Shown here in pieces: positions 39,710 to 64,000 of a stretch of 64,000 bases of DNA. The stretch covers positions 5,766,001-5,830,000 of the forward strand of contig CM102287.1 in the NCBI GenBank assembly GCA_046563655.1. The letters are read 5' to 3'. A program made the translations under genes and the position numbers. The notes under the pieces are model-generated. The model was given only the letters and a program-made list of their open reading frames with translations, was not told where the DNA came from and ran no database searches. Each line of letters opens with the position of its first letter. Positions within the stretch are counted from its first letter, which is position 1. The DNA is from Yuukianura sp. NJ FZ-2021. Lineage: Eukaryota.

Positions 39710-40360
39710 ATGCAGTCGGTAAGTCCACTTCCATTTCTATCATGGAAGCAACCAACGGGAAGAAGAGTTTCTCAAAAAAGAGTGATGAAACATATATCAA
39801 AACGTTCTTTTTGTTATAGATTGCCGTGTTCTCACTCTGCGTTGTCGCCGTGGCTTCATACACGACCTACCAACAAGCCCCACCAGCCTATGGTGGCTAC
39901 GGAACCCACCATGGATATCAGTCTAAGCCTAACGTGGGAGTTTCCTCAGCCACATTCTTAAACGTACCAGCCCCACAAATTGTTCGGCTCCACCATGAAA
40001 TGAGAGAGAATGTTGCCAACAATGTCCAGTAATTTGACAATTTCCATAAAAAATCTCCTATTTTGAAACATTTTGTTGAAACTCTATAGGAAGTTTGCGA
40101 AGTTTTAATCACTGAATATCCGAACTCTTTCTAGATACGAAACGACCAACGGCATTCGATCCGCCGACAACACTCAAATCCTTCCAGGAACTCCAAACCC
40201 CGAAAATCCAAGTGAAATGTGGAACAAGATTGCCAAATCCGGATTCTACGCCTACACTTCCCCTGAGGGAAAACCAGTCGAGATCCACTGGACTGCTGAT
40301 GGAATCAACGGATTCAGAGCCACCGGAGACGCCATTCCCACTGCCCCACCAGCTTATTAA
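39710..40360 (+). CDS. Cuticle protein, RR-1-like chitin-binding domain, 147 aa, 3 exons
   Basis: Exons 39710-39718 (MQS), 39820-40028 (signal peptide IAVFSLCVVAVAS) and 40135-40360. Contains YETTNGI...GFYAYTSPEGKPVEIHWTADGINGFRATGDAIPTAPP. Confidence 0.88.
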
Positions 40361-40822
40361 CACAAAAGCCACCACTTCCGCAACCGGAAACAAAACAACA
40401 AAGTAGCAATTGCTACACTTTAATATATTTTTGTACCGAAATTTTTTCATTCTAGAAGAATTTATGCTACTAGAATTTAATTTTTTAATGCTCTAGAAAG
40501 TCCAATTGAAAATTAAACCGAGAAAAGTTGTTTCTATTGAAGTGTTTGTGTGGGTGGGCATAATGTGTGGTTGCTGGCCTACTTTGATTTTGTTTACATG
40601 ACCATCAAACCTTCGTGTAAAAATGGAAGTGACACTTTGTGGAGAGTGTAACAATACCCCGGAAAACGAAGGTGACAAACAGCCTCTTACCTGCACTTGT
40701 GCCACTTTAGACTTCCGTACCATCACTTCGAGTCTGCAGACCAATTGAATTGACCTCATTCTAGTCACCGTGCACTGATTCAATTAGAAGTCCTAACTGG
40801 ACTTTGTAAATCGCTAGAAAAA

Positions 40823-42277
40823 ATGGACGGATCGCTTCGAATTCTTAAGCACTTGATGCTTCTGTCGCTGATTATTTCGTTATCCAGTGGGTATAAAAAC
40901 TCTGGTCGACGGCGTCATACGTTACGGCACCATACTTTACATAAACGTAAGTCAAAATTTGAAATTTCTGTAGGACTTCTTAAAACTTTGTTAAAATTTG
41001 ATAAATCAAGCGTTTCAGGCCTTAAAATTGTTAAGATTGAGCATACGCAGGTTACCAATTCATAGCTTTTTAAGACAGCGATGTTGATCTTTTTCAAAAT
41101 ATTGTCAAATCAAATCGTTTGGCAAAAAGTTTCTTTATCCAGAACGCGTTACAACAACACAACCGCCATTTCGAGTTACTACTTTGGCGTTATACCCAGA
41201 TGAATCTCAGGAACTAATGGAATCTACAACTGTAACGGAACGCTTAACTAACCAGGACAAGTATATTGACGAGGATGATCCGTCACCACGACCGAGTTGA
41301 GAATTGACCAAAAAAAGAATTCAACCTCTGACATTTTTGATCATTTTGAATTGATAATTGTTGATTTTGAATTCAAGGGAAAGTTAGGAGCTCCCCAGCT
41401 CCAGCACCAGAGTCTAACGAATATTTCGGAAAGAGAGACAGGATGAATCAGAGAAAACGTAGGTCTAACAATTACTTCCAAATTGGTCTAATGTTAGTCC
41501 TTGATTAATGGTTTTTAGGAGAGGTCAGAAATGAAAGGCCAGTGAGACAATTGGAAGAAAGTGCAGACGAGTGGGGTGGAATACAGGGGGAAGGTCGCAG
41601 TTTTGGGGGTTATGGAGGTGTGGTGGCTTCAAAAGTTTCAGAGCATCAGAGCAAAACTCCATCATCGCCGAAGTCGGGAGATGAAGCTAAGCAAGCAGCA
41701 AAAGAAAAAGCAGAAGAAGGTGCTCGCAAAGGTATGAATTTTACAAATTCCTAAATTCTTGAAAAAAAATCGCTCAGTGATGTGAAATGGTAAAGAAAAA
41801 TCTTCTAAAATTTCGATTTAAAAATCACATCGATATATGAAAGAACTGAAAAATTCTAATAAACATTGGCCTCTTCCAGGCAGAGCTGTCGATCAAGACC
41901 AGCATAACAGGAGAGCCGAATTCTTAGAGGAAGAAGACCAAGAACTTTCTCGGGAAGCACGGAAAATATCTAGCGAAGGTAAGCAAAAAGTGTTAACAAT
42001 CAAGGCTGAAGTTAAATTTTGTAAACCCACATAATCTAGTTATAGTTAGTTGAACTTTGTCCTCTTCTTGACATTTCAGAACACCATCACGGGCACGGCA
42101 GACATCACGGAAGTCATCACGGACGTCGCTCAAGGCCTAGACATGGATCAGGTCATGACATCTCACAGGAGAGTCACAGCGCAGAATACGGATCTGGTAA
42201 GATTTTAGTTTTGAAAAATTGGGAATGTTTTTTCACAACTTTCTTTTACAGATGAAGGATACCATCATCGGAAGTAA
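40823..42277 (+). CDS. Unrecognised secreted low-complexity protein (prohormone-like, His-rich C-terminus), 270 aa, 7 exons
   Basis: Exons 40823-40946, 41143-41295, 41378-41458, 41519-41731, 41880-41978, 42080-42196 and 42252-42277 join via six phase-1 GT-AG introns into one 813-nt ORF. N-terminal hydrophobic stretch LMLLSLIISLSSG. No known domain recognised. Confidence 0.8.
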
Positions 42278-42353
42278 GCAATCGGACGGTGTAGGACAGA
42301 GTTTCGGATTTTGTGCAGTTTAATTTGTTTACATTGTTAATCTTACTCACTAA

Positions 42354-42362
42354 TTTATTAAA
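42354..42362. terminator. Overlapping poly(A) signals of two convergent genes
   Basis: tttattaaa contains AATAAA on minus (42354-42359) and ATTAAA on plus (42357-42362), between stops at 42277 and 42370. Confidence 0.5.
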
Positions 42363-42369
42363 ATTCAAT

Positions 42370-45080
42370 CTATAAGTTATTGTTCTGCTGTGGCTGCTGT
42401 GGGTCCATTGGGCGTTTAGAAATTCTATGAATAGAGAGTCTGTGCAATTGGTCCACTACTGTCTTCCGACGTACTGTGAGTCTGTGCGTTTCTTCAGAAA
42501 GTTCCTTCACTTGTTCTGCCAGTGGTTTGCCAACAGTTTCCGTCAGAAGAAATGACAGCAGCGCTCCGAGTATTCCAATCAATCTAAAAATCAAATCCAA
42601 AGTTTAAAAATTCAAACAAATTCAAAAAGTTTCGAAATTCGGTGATTCTACCCAAAAACAAAGTAGGGTACTGATGGATAGTGAGATCCAAGGAATGCCA
42701 ACTGCGGTGCCAGTACTCCACCCAAAGCAGCTCCGACGCCTCCAAGTCCCGATCCCATTCCTGAAAAAAATTGGAATCATCAAAAGACACACTGCGGAAT
42801 GGGTTTTCAGAATTTCAAAAACTGGGAATTTTTTGGCGAAATTTCAGTGAAAATTTTACCTCGAACTGCAGTTGGATACAGCTCTCCAACGAGTGTTCTA
42901 GCGCAGCTTCTTCCGCCTGCTACACAAAACTTCCCTAAAAGACAGAGGACGATGACCATCGTAGGAAGTGTGGCCAATCCAATACTTATTTCCAGAATAG
43001 CCAAGGCCACGAGAAAAGAAGCGCCAATTGTCATGTACAGAGCTAGGGAAGTTCGTCGGCCCAATCTGTTCAAAAATATGCTTTTAGAAAAACAAGTTCT
43101 ATTCAAACTTTTTCAAAATGTTGTCAAATTACTACACATGCCTGTTGCAAATAAGAAGAGCTGAGGGATATCCAATGGCGTCACTCAATCCAAGCAGCAT
43201 CACGATTAAATATGGACTTCCAGCCATATTCTTAACGTTGAAGCTAATTCCATAGTAAGTGATAGCCGATGCTGCCATGATTAGAATCTGGAGTATTGTG
43301 CCGTACCGTAGGGTTTCGTCTCGGAAAAAGTCAATGTACCCGAATCGCTTGACCGCTGAAGAGTCATCTGGTGGCGATTCTTTGTCAGCTATAGCTTGAA
43401 TTGTTTCTAGCTCAATATTTTGCTTTCCGTTGAGTTTTGCCATGTACGTAAGAACTTTATGAGCGTCGCTAACTTTTTGGTTTCTGATGAGCCAACGCGG
43501 ACTTTCTGGAACAAATCTAGACTCAAAAATTAATTTGTTAGTGAAAATGATTAAATTCATTAGAATAAAATGAAATTCAACTTTTTACGGAAAAATGACG
43601 ACGAGGAGTAAGAACGGCATCGTCGTCACTCCTGTGAGCATTCTCCAAGGTCTAATTAAGTAGGCCAAGAGAGCCAACAGCATCACTCCTTCACCCCAAG
43701 GCCCCACCGAGCCACAAAGTGGGCGCCATCTTGCAGGTTGGAATTCTATGGCATACGCTGAAGTTACGCCCAAGTAACCTAAAATTAATCACAATTTTTA
43801 AAAATGTCAATTTTTAGTTCAACTTTGCTAAACTTGAGGATGATGTCATCCACAACCACAAGTCCCATTATAATACAATTCTCTTCGGCATGAGCTTGAA
43901 ATTGCTTCACAAATAATTCAAACCAAACATATTCCTAAAGAATATCTTAAGTTAAAAATAACTTTGTTGTTAAAGTTTGTAAATTTTTTTGGTTGTAATT
44001 TAGAGAATGAAAAACGAAACCATATTTTCATATTTTTCTGAAATTGGCAAATCCAGCGTAAATACAATCCAGTTTAAACTAACTTCAGATGATATTTTCA
44101 GCGTTCGAAGATCTTTGCGTTGTAAAAGTTTTTGAATATTTGTTTCATTTTTCCTTTTAGAGTTCCAGGAGGCTTTGAACGTTTTCCAACAAAATTCTAT
44201 TTTAAAAGGTATTGAAAAAGCTGGATACGGATACCTGAGAGGCCCATGCCGCTGAAAAACCGTGCGGCGGCGTATGAATATGGATCGAACGCCAACGCCG
44301 ACAATCCTTGTCCAAGGCCCATCAAAATGGAAGTTCCAAGAAACGTGTAGCGACGTCCATACCAATCTGAGAGCTTACATGCAATTAAATTCCCAAGCAG
44401 CATTGCCAGCATCTGACCACTTGTAATGAAGTCTGATACCCATCCAGTGCTGCAGACCAAATTCCACTGAAAATTAGAAACAGAGGATTCAAGTTAAATT
44501 TGGAGTTTTTTTTTTCACTTTTCAGATTTTTAGAAAATACTGTTCATCCATTTTCCAAAATTCTTTAAATTTAATAATCTTACTTCTGAGACAATTGACT
44601 CTGCATATTTAGAAGTTGTGGAGTACGGTTTGATCGTTGAATTGCATTGACAAATATCTTTAAACGTGTATTCCTTAGTTTCATTTCCGCAGCTCCATGT
44701 ACCAGGATAGCTTCCTAAAAAATATAAAAAAAAAACACAACTTTAAAAATAATTCTGAGATATCAAATTTTCTCAAGTCCAAAGTGAAAGTCAGAGCAAA
44801 AGTGAAAGCTCTGCTTAAATTAAAAGTTCGAAATCCAAACTCAAACAATTCTTCCAACAAATTTTTTTTCTGCGTGTGAAAATATAAAACTCGCATCATT
44901 ACCAACGAATACTGGCGTGAACGACACGAATGCTGCTGGAATTTCCAGGAACAGTAGCAGCACTAATGATAAAAACTGAAACGGTCCGAATCCTCCGAGT
45001 TGATCTAAGATGTCTTCAAAATTTTCCGCCACTTTGTCTCTACTGGACCTTGAAGTAATTGTTATCTTAGTCATTCCCAT
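42370..45080 (-). CDS. SLC22 organic cation/carnitine transporter family (MFS), 544 aa, 8 exons
   Basis: Exons 45080-44903, 44714-44584, 44466-44235, 43778-43589, 43516-43142, 43065-42860, 42760-42652 and 42583-42370. Motifs FEDILDQLGGFGPFQ, SIVSEWNLVC, LSDWYGRR, PESPRWL, ELYPTAVRG and LTETVGKPL. Confidence 0.93.
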
Positions 45081-46390
45081 CTTGTGAATCGGTTAGTTGC
45101 TAAGATGATCTCTGGCGATGTAGATAATACGTCGAACTGTCAGTACAAATTGAACACGAAACTACAACTATGCTAGGAGTACTTGAAGTGTCAACACTAA
45201 TTCATCATTTTTTAAAAACTAATTCCTAAACCACACAATTCTACAGAAAGTGCGCCTATAATTTAATTTTTGCACACACCTTGTTTTGATCTGACGTATA
45301 TTTTAGCCACTTTTCCCATGGAACATAAATATTAAATTGACGGATCGTATGAGTTATTTCAGTTTGCATGTGGGACAGTTTGGAATTTTTACAATTGAGC
45401 AATTTACTTTTTTTAGGAACCAAAAAACCTAAACTTGACATTGAAATTGACACAAAGGTGGGTGAGAATGACACAAAGCTTACCCCAACAATGGCAGTCA
45501 TAACCACAATGCCATGGCCAACAAACAGCGTTCGACTGTGACAAAACATTCTGGAGGATCTAGTAGTGCTAGAGGGGCTTGCATGTTGATCATGGAATAT
45601 ACACACTCATCCTTACACAACGTAATTAACAATTAAATAGAGTCAGTATGAATAATAATAGTAAAAACGGTTATAGTTAGTTCCCACGCCAAAGTCATCA
45701 TTCCAAACCCATAAGCCATGGACTAGCCCAACAAAACTTTTAGTTTGAGGAAAACCCGATTTTACGAATTACGATACGACTTTACTCAAAATTTTAGAAT
45801 TAAACCTAGGCATTTCCGAAATTCCAGGAATCCTAGAATTGCTATAAATTCCACAGACCATCAAATCTTCCGACGCTGAATAAAAGTTGAAACATCTAAA
45901 AATCTAGATTTTGATGCTGCTTTTCCTAGCTGACAAAATTTTTGGAGATACCGTATGGAAGAGATTGATCTCCTGCAGAATTGCTCGCTTTTTGGGTGAC
46001 CCAGAAAGCTGAAACAACACAACGTCATGGCCAATGTCACGTTTTTGCAGAAACTAATTTAAAGCGAAATGCAGCATTCGAATGCTGTATTTATAGGCTT
46101 GGTTGAAGAAAGCTGCATTTAAGATGATCGTGTTTGCCCATAAAATTCATTTTATAGATTCCTTTTTCCCAGAAGTTCTTGGAAAAATATAAATCTTACG
46201 TAATTTACGTAACGTAAATCAATTTCCATTTCGAAAAAAAAATATCAAATTAACCACGAGTGTATTGAAGTAAAATTGAGTACTGACACATCCAATTACA
46301 TGCCAAATTAAGCATTCCTGACGCTCCTTCCTCTTTAACCGTGAAAAACAATGAAAAACTTCTAAAAACAAGCGGGGTTTTTCAAAAATG

Positions 46391-47719
46391 TCAAGCGTCT
46401 ACAAATCCCACGTTGTCTTTACACGCACTTCTCTGACTGCTCATCACCTCCGATTCCTTAAAAAAGAAACAACATTAACGCGCTATTCAGACTACAAATT
46501 GACTTGAATGAAGTTAATGAAGCTTACATGAAATATTGCCAGTGCAAGCAGTACAACCTTTCCATAAGGATGCAAGTGAACATACGAGTCAGCCAGGGAC
46601 AATGCAAATTGAACTTTGACTCCGTCTCCAAGCAACGATAAACTTTGGAGTTCGGCAGGAAGGACGCGTTTCTGCAGTTTGCCTGAAATGATGCAATTGG
46701 AGACTTTGGCAACCAGAGAATCACCGTTGCCAGGGTCAATGACTTCCAGTCCATAGTCGTTTTTCTTGCGCTTGACCTTGGGTTTCCGCGTGAAGAAGCG
46801 TCGAGTAGTGTGGGAGTGAGGTCCATCGTGGAAGTGAATGACGTACTTGTCAATGTAACAAAAGCAGCAACTCGTGCATGAGAAGATGCACGGCATAACT
46901 TGTTTGTGCACAGGTTCAAACCATCCGATTTCCGTTCCATCGAACATCACTTTGATTCCCTAAGTCAATATCCCGAAAAAATGAAAAATGAATAGAAATC
47001 GTTCCAGTACAGATTAAACCTCACCCGATGAGCATTGCAGACACAGCAGGCTGCGCAGACGTCCCCCACACCGCCATATTGGTTTCCTTCCAGGACTAAT
47101 ACTGGGGGTTCTTCACTGCTTAATAGAATTTCATACGTAAAGTACCTCCAGGAAACGATTTCTACAACAAAAATAGCAAATGAATCACTTTTGGAATTGC
47201 ATTTACAGGGAAACATTAAAACCAGAAAACGTACCATGACTTGTCGGAGTGTTTGCAATAAAGTAAATTCTTGAACCGTCAGAAACGTACAAGTTGTATG
47301 AAAAGCGTGAGTCTTGATCTCGTTCAATAAATCCAAGTTGAACTTCTTCAAAGTAAAAATTCTTCTGGAGCCACAGAGATTCCAGTCCCACGGGACATCC
47401 TGCAATTGGCACTGGAACTAAAAAAAACGAAGTGCACAACATTTACTAATGATGTTGAATGACTCTTTTCTGTATGACCATTTTTTGAAATTTTTTAAAA
47501 AACACTTACTTGCAATAGGAGTTCCTGTTTGAATGACTGTTGCAATTGATTGTCCAGGCTCCAAGTTGGCAGTCGTAGAGGCCAAAGAAGGCTGCGGGGA
47601 ATCTATAAAGACAAAAAAACTTGAAAATCAAGCAATCAAATATGGTTTTACATTTTTAATTAATTTCTTAGCTAACCTGGTGATGCAGCGATTGGAATAT
47701 CCCGTGAATGACCCATCAT
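46391..47719 (-). CDS. Divergent phospholipid scramblase-like protein (scramblase/tubby C-terminal fold), about 317 aa, 6 coding exons
   Basis: Exons 47719-47677, 47602-47510, 47417-47235, 47161-47025, 46959-46528 and 46456-46391 join in frame. Pro-rich N-terminus, GCPVGLESL (cf. CPPGLEYL), Cys clusters CAACCVC and CIFSCTSCCFC, C-terminal KVVLLALAIF helix. The gene structure is firmer than the family call. Confidence 0.6.
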
Positions 47720-48229
47720 CAAAGTAGTCCAATTTCCAACGAACGGTACCTAACACAATACTACAAAATAAATTAAGTACAAAACTTAAACTGGAAATGT
47801 TAAACTTAACCAAATAGTTTCAGATTAGACTACTTCGGTGCACGCTTTCAAGTTTTTCTTTGTTTACTGTTTAGCAAACAAGGTTTACTTGTAAAGTTCC
47901 ACGCGAAGCAGCTTGGAGATCTTCAAACTTCCGAAATATTGAACTTAAAATTCAAATTCTGAAAACACGAAAAAAGTTCATAATTTTGAAAAGTTAGTGT
48001 TGTTAAGTTGTACTTTATTTTGCATCGTAATTGGCAGAAGTTGAATTAAAGATCATTAGATATTAAATGTTAAGATAAACTCTGCTCTATCCATCTAAGT
48101 TCATTATAGGTTGTCCCTTCTACAAAAAATTGAATAAAAAGTATTAATACCGGAAGATGTAATTTGATCCTAAAAATGTAATTTTAAAAATCAAACATCT
48201 AAAATCTTAAGTCTGCATAAAAACTGAAA

Positions 48230-60324
<12,095 letters not shown>

Positions 60325-61486
60325 GCAACTTAACTTTCTCCCAAACCCCCGTTCACATTACCCGCCGTTCAAGCTCAAAAAGGCACAAACTGACGTACGC
60401 ACAACAAAAACCAAACCACTTGACTCTCTGTATGACTCAAAAACTTCACACACGCTACTACATTCAAATCACGTCTGTTTTGACTTTGCAAGTGCTGTAG
60501 TTATATCTAATTCAAGTACAGACTTTCAAGAACAATGAACACTACAGAAAAAAAAACACGCCTATTCTCAGAAAGTCTACGGATGTCATCAACTAAAAAA
60601 CGACTTCTTCATCTCTCCACGTTTATAAAACTAAAATGCAAGATGGGATTATCGTTTCGTCTTGTACACGCAGCAGAAGATGAAGATTCGAGAAGATGCA
60701 GAATCAGCACAGATCACGAGTGCTCAGAAGACAAAGAACTCATGAACTCTGCAAATCGCATACTGTACGAAATGTTTAAAGCATTTTATTCCCCAGTGCA
60801 CTTTAAGTAAGGGTGATAACTAGTTTACATGATGGCCCTGACAGGAAATAGAGGAAATCTGAGGGGTTTTCCTTCTGACGAAACCATTCCCATCTGTGAC
60901 ATGACAATATTAACATGATCAGAATCTCATTTTACTCAACAACAATGCACATCCGTAACATACTTTAGTACTACACTCAATGGGCACGCAAATTGCTTAA
61001 AATTTTATTTGTGACCCACTTGGTACAGTAACTCTGACGTTAGCAGAAAATGAAGAATGAGGAAAGTGATGATGACTAATCTGTAGATCCGTGTTTCGCA
61101 AATAAACATAGTAAGCTTGGAACAGGAAAATGAAATGTGATAGACAAAGTGACGGCAATTTGAAGGTTGAAGAGGCGTGGATTTTGCGAAAAGTCAACGT
61201 CATGTCAATTATCACCTCTCCGCAAATGTCCATAGATATCTCCCTATAATTATAAGCTCTTAAAATCTCATTTTCAAAAAACTCAATTATCCAAAACACT
61301 ATTGTATTTAATTTAATTACTTAATTAATGGGGATTTACTACCTTAAATGCTATCATAATGGACGCCTGGCTGGACAAATTGATTGTACTTTCCTGCGAT
61401 TTCTTACAGCAAGTATGAGTTGAAAAAATTCCTCCCTATATTCTTCTGTCTACATTTACTAAAACTCAATGTTTTCGGAACGAAAC

Positions 61487-61670
61487 TTCAGATTTCAGCA
61501 GGGAAACTCAGATTTTGGAAAAGAAATTCCAGACTGCAGAAACGAAAATTCACATATCAGAAGAAAGTACACATTTCATAACGGAATTCTCACATTTCAG
61601 AAAGGAATTTTCACATTTCAGAAAGAAGATTTCACATTCCAGGAGAGAAATTTCAGATTTCAGATTCCAG
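61487..61670 (+). repeat. Degenerate ~20-21 bp tandem repeat
   Basis: Repeated ttcacatttcagaaaggaa-like units, roughly 8 copies. Confidence 0.65.
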
Positions 61671-64000
61671 CAAAGTTCAACGGCAGTTTTGGGTGTCCTC
61701 CATTACGTTACAATTATCCAAAATTCAAACTGAAATGTATGAAGGCTCAAAAGCTCTAAAAATTGTGAATGAAAACTGCGCAAAAGAAAAACTGCTACTT
61801 CGATTCCATTCCAAACGAAACTGAGTGAAAAATACAAAAAAGTATAAAACAAATTTTTTTTTAAAATAAATAATATTTAGAAAACAATAAATAGCACCGA
61901 ATAATATTCAATTCAAAAGTCACATGCTGGCTCTAAATTGCTTAACTAACTGAATTGAAATTCGTGGGGGGTTAGCCTTTGTTCTTTTGCTTGAAAAGCA
62001 AAATCAACTCAAACAATGAACTCTGACCTTTTGGACCACCGCCAAGTCAAGTATACTACAATTTCCAAAATCCTCCTTGGAGAAAATCCAATTAACCAGC
62101 AAAAACAAAAGAACAAAGGAGAAACGAGATGTCGGGATTACCGCAAACACTGTCACAATTTAAGCACGTAGAAATGTGCTTTCTACACTCAAAGTCCAAG
62201 TTCTTAACCTTAGGCCTTTCTTTTCATAATAAATTAAAATTCAACAATAAAAAACTGCAAGCCACACGGCTTTATGGCCATAAAATACAACTAATTACTT
62301 TCTCCTCTAAAAATTTCATTTCCTCCTCAAGCATTTAGTACGCATACAGTATTATGGCATAGCAGTTAGCAGATTTGTATTTCCAGAACCCACGATCGTT
62401 TACCGTTAACATTACTGCAGAGTTTTCAAAAATTCTCATTTTTTTTTTCGAAAAACTCTTTTCTCTTGTAGTGCAACTAGAGGAAATTTAATTCCAGCCT
62501 ACTTCCTCCGCATGAACATAACGCTAGAACTCCCGTGTATTTAATTTAATGAAGAGAGATATGCTTTGTTATTTAAAAAGAAAGTTATCTTCCGTGACCC
62601 CGCTGCGCAGGGACACTCCTAGGCCAAGGAGAAAGTTCTTCTGGCAAATCCCCATCTGAATTCCAATCCAATATTCTTGTAACCAGCAGGAAAAATAACA
62701 CGGACACACAAGGAACCTTCAGATTCACAGCAGTCGACCTCATAAAAACTGAGACGGTACAAGTAAGCCCCCAGAGGAACTGACAAAAGCAAACTTCTCA
62801 GAAATGCTAAAAGCACAATGGAAATTTAAGCACGTTTTTCGCCTTCAAGCCCTCCTCCAGAAGCATAATGTTGTGATATCCTTAGTGTAAAATATGGAAC
62901 GGCGATCCATAAACTAACATAACTTTCTCCACTTTCACTGGAAATGACGAACACAACCCTCACAGAGCGACAGGAAGTGAAAAATGACGTTGGCAAGCGG
63001 ACACATTGAGAATCTAATGAAAAAAATACCGCCCTTCCTCATTTTTAAAAAAAAAATTAAAAAAAAAAAACTATCTCCATTTTTAAAAAAATCCCCACCC
63101 AGGGTCCACTTCAAAAATCTGAAAATCTCCTGACCCGGCTCGGTTTTCAAAACTTTCAATTTTCAAAATATTCATTATTTTGAAAAACTAGCCTCTCCTG
63201 GGCCGGTATTTCAAGCAATCAAAAAAAATCTTCACATCAGTACTCATTTTCAAAATTCAAAACTCTCCCTTCCCTCCACTTTTCAAAAATTTAAAAGCTC
63301 TTTCATCCTCTTATGACTGACTTGCTCATTTTCCCAGTTGCCTCCTAAAACCTAACGCAACATAGACAACTTTTATGCGGATTCGGTATGCTTTCTCCAG
63401 TTAGTAACTTTGTCCCCAGGGAGAACTGAGTTGCGGTCGGCTCAAAATGAGCCGCAGCTTCAAAGTTTCAATGAGACAGAAAGTCAAAAAGAACAGAGAA
63501 AAAACTTTTCCCTGTTTAAACTCACTTTCTTTTATTTTTCCAGCAGCCCAAGCTTTTGAATTGCCCAACATTTGAACAACGAAGAGCAGCCAAGGCCCGG
63601 GATCAGCCGAAACAAGCTTCCAGAGAATTTCGGACAGAGGCACAACGGCCAGAACTAGAAATCCACAAAATTTAGAAAATCCCTTTCATCTCATTTCAAC
63701 CGCAAACGTAAAAAAGTTCTAAAAATTTGGACCACAGCTGCTGTATGCTGGAAGTACTACTAGTAGTAGAGGCTCTAAAAGGCTATAAAGTGCTAGGAAA
63801 CCTTAGTAACCACATCATACGACGTCCCACTTCCTCCCTTCTAGTCGTTTTAGAAGTTCTTCCCAGGAAAAACCGCATTGCCAAAATGTCAAAGAGACTT
63901 GCCAAATTATTGACGTCGGGATTTGGTGTTGTGGCATAAAAGGTTTTGTATCGTATGGTAAGAAATTGTCTAAAAACCCAACTTTTCGACTTTTCGTTTT

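Noticed and set aside
63189..63210. Partial resemblance to miR-282 (tagcctctcct...)
   Set aside because: Only the 5' half matches and no precursor hairpin is visible.
63401..63643. ORF starting MPLSEIL as a possible RSK first exon (cf. MPLAQL)
   Set aside because: The start codon is GTG and the nearby donor is out of phase with the RSK acceptor at 60241.

Overview
AT-rich eukaryotic genomic DNA with many short introns. It is almost certainly from an arthropod, based on two Rebers-Riddiford cuticle genes, a jelly belly orthologue and scattered TTAGG/CCTAA motifs. All gene models were spliced by hand. Genes: BORCS8 (minus, 16847-19061); the 3' exons of jelly belly (plus, 21288-21757, 5' exons not found, so BORCS8 is probably nested in a long jeb intron); an RR-2 cuticle protein (minus, 32261-35603) divergent from an RR-1 cuticle protein (plus, 39710-40360); an unrecognised 7-exon secreted, basic-site-rich, His-rich protein that looks like a prohormone (plus, 40823-42277); an SLC22 transporter (minus, 42370-45080); a divergent scramblase-like gene (minus, 46391-47719); and p90 RSK (minus, 48230-60324). 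The first RSK intron holds a nest of Helentron-type (HINE/DINE-1-like) elements, one of them split by a hAT element with a perfect 8-bp TSD. The gene-poor 5' part contains MULE, PIF/Harbinger and hAT-type MITEs and a tRNA-derived relic. The best leads are the orphan prohormone-like gene, a Lys-to-Gln change in the RSK C-terminal kinase catalytic loop, the very tight RSK/scramblase junction, and the nested transposon cluster. No database searches were run.
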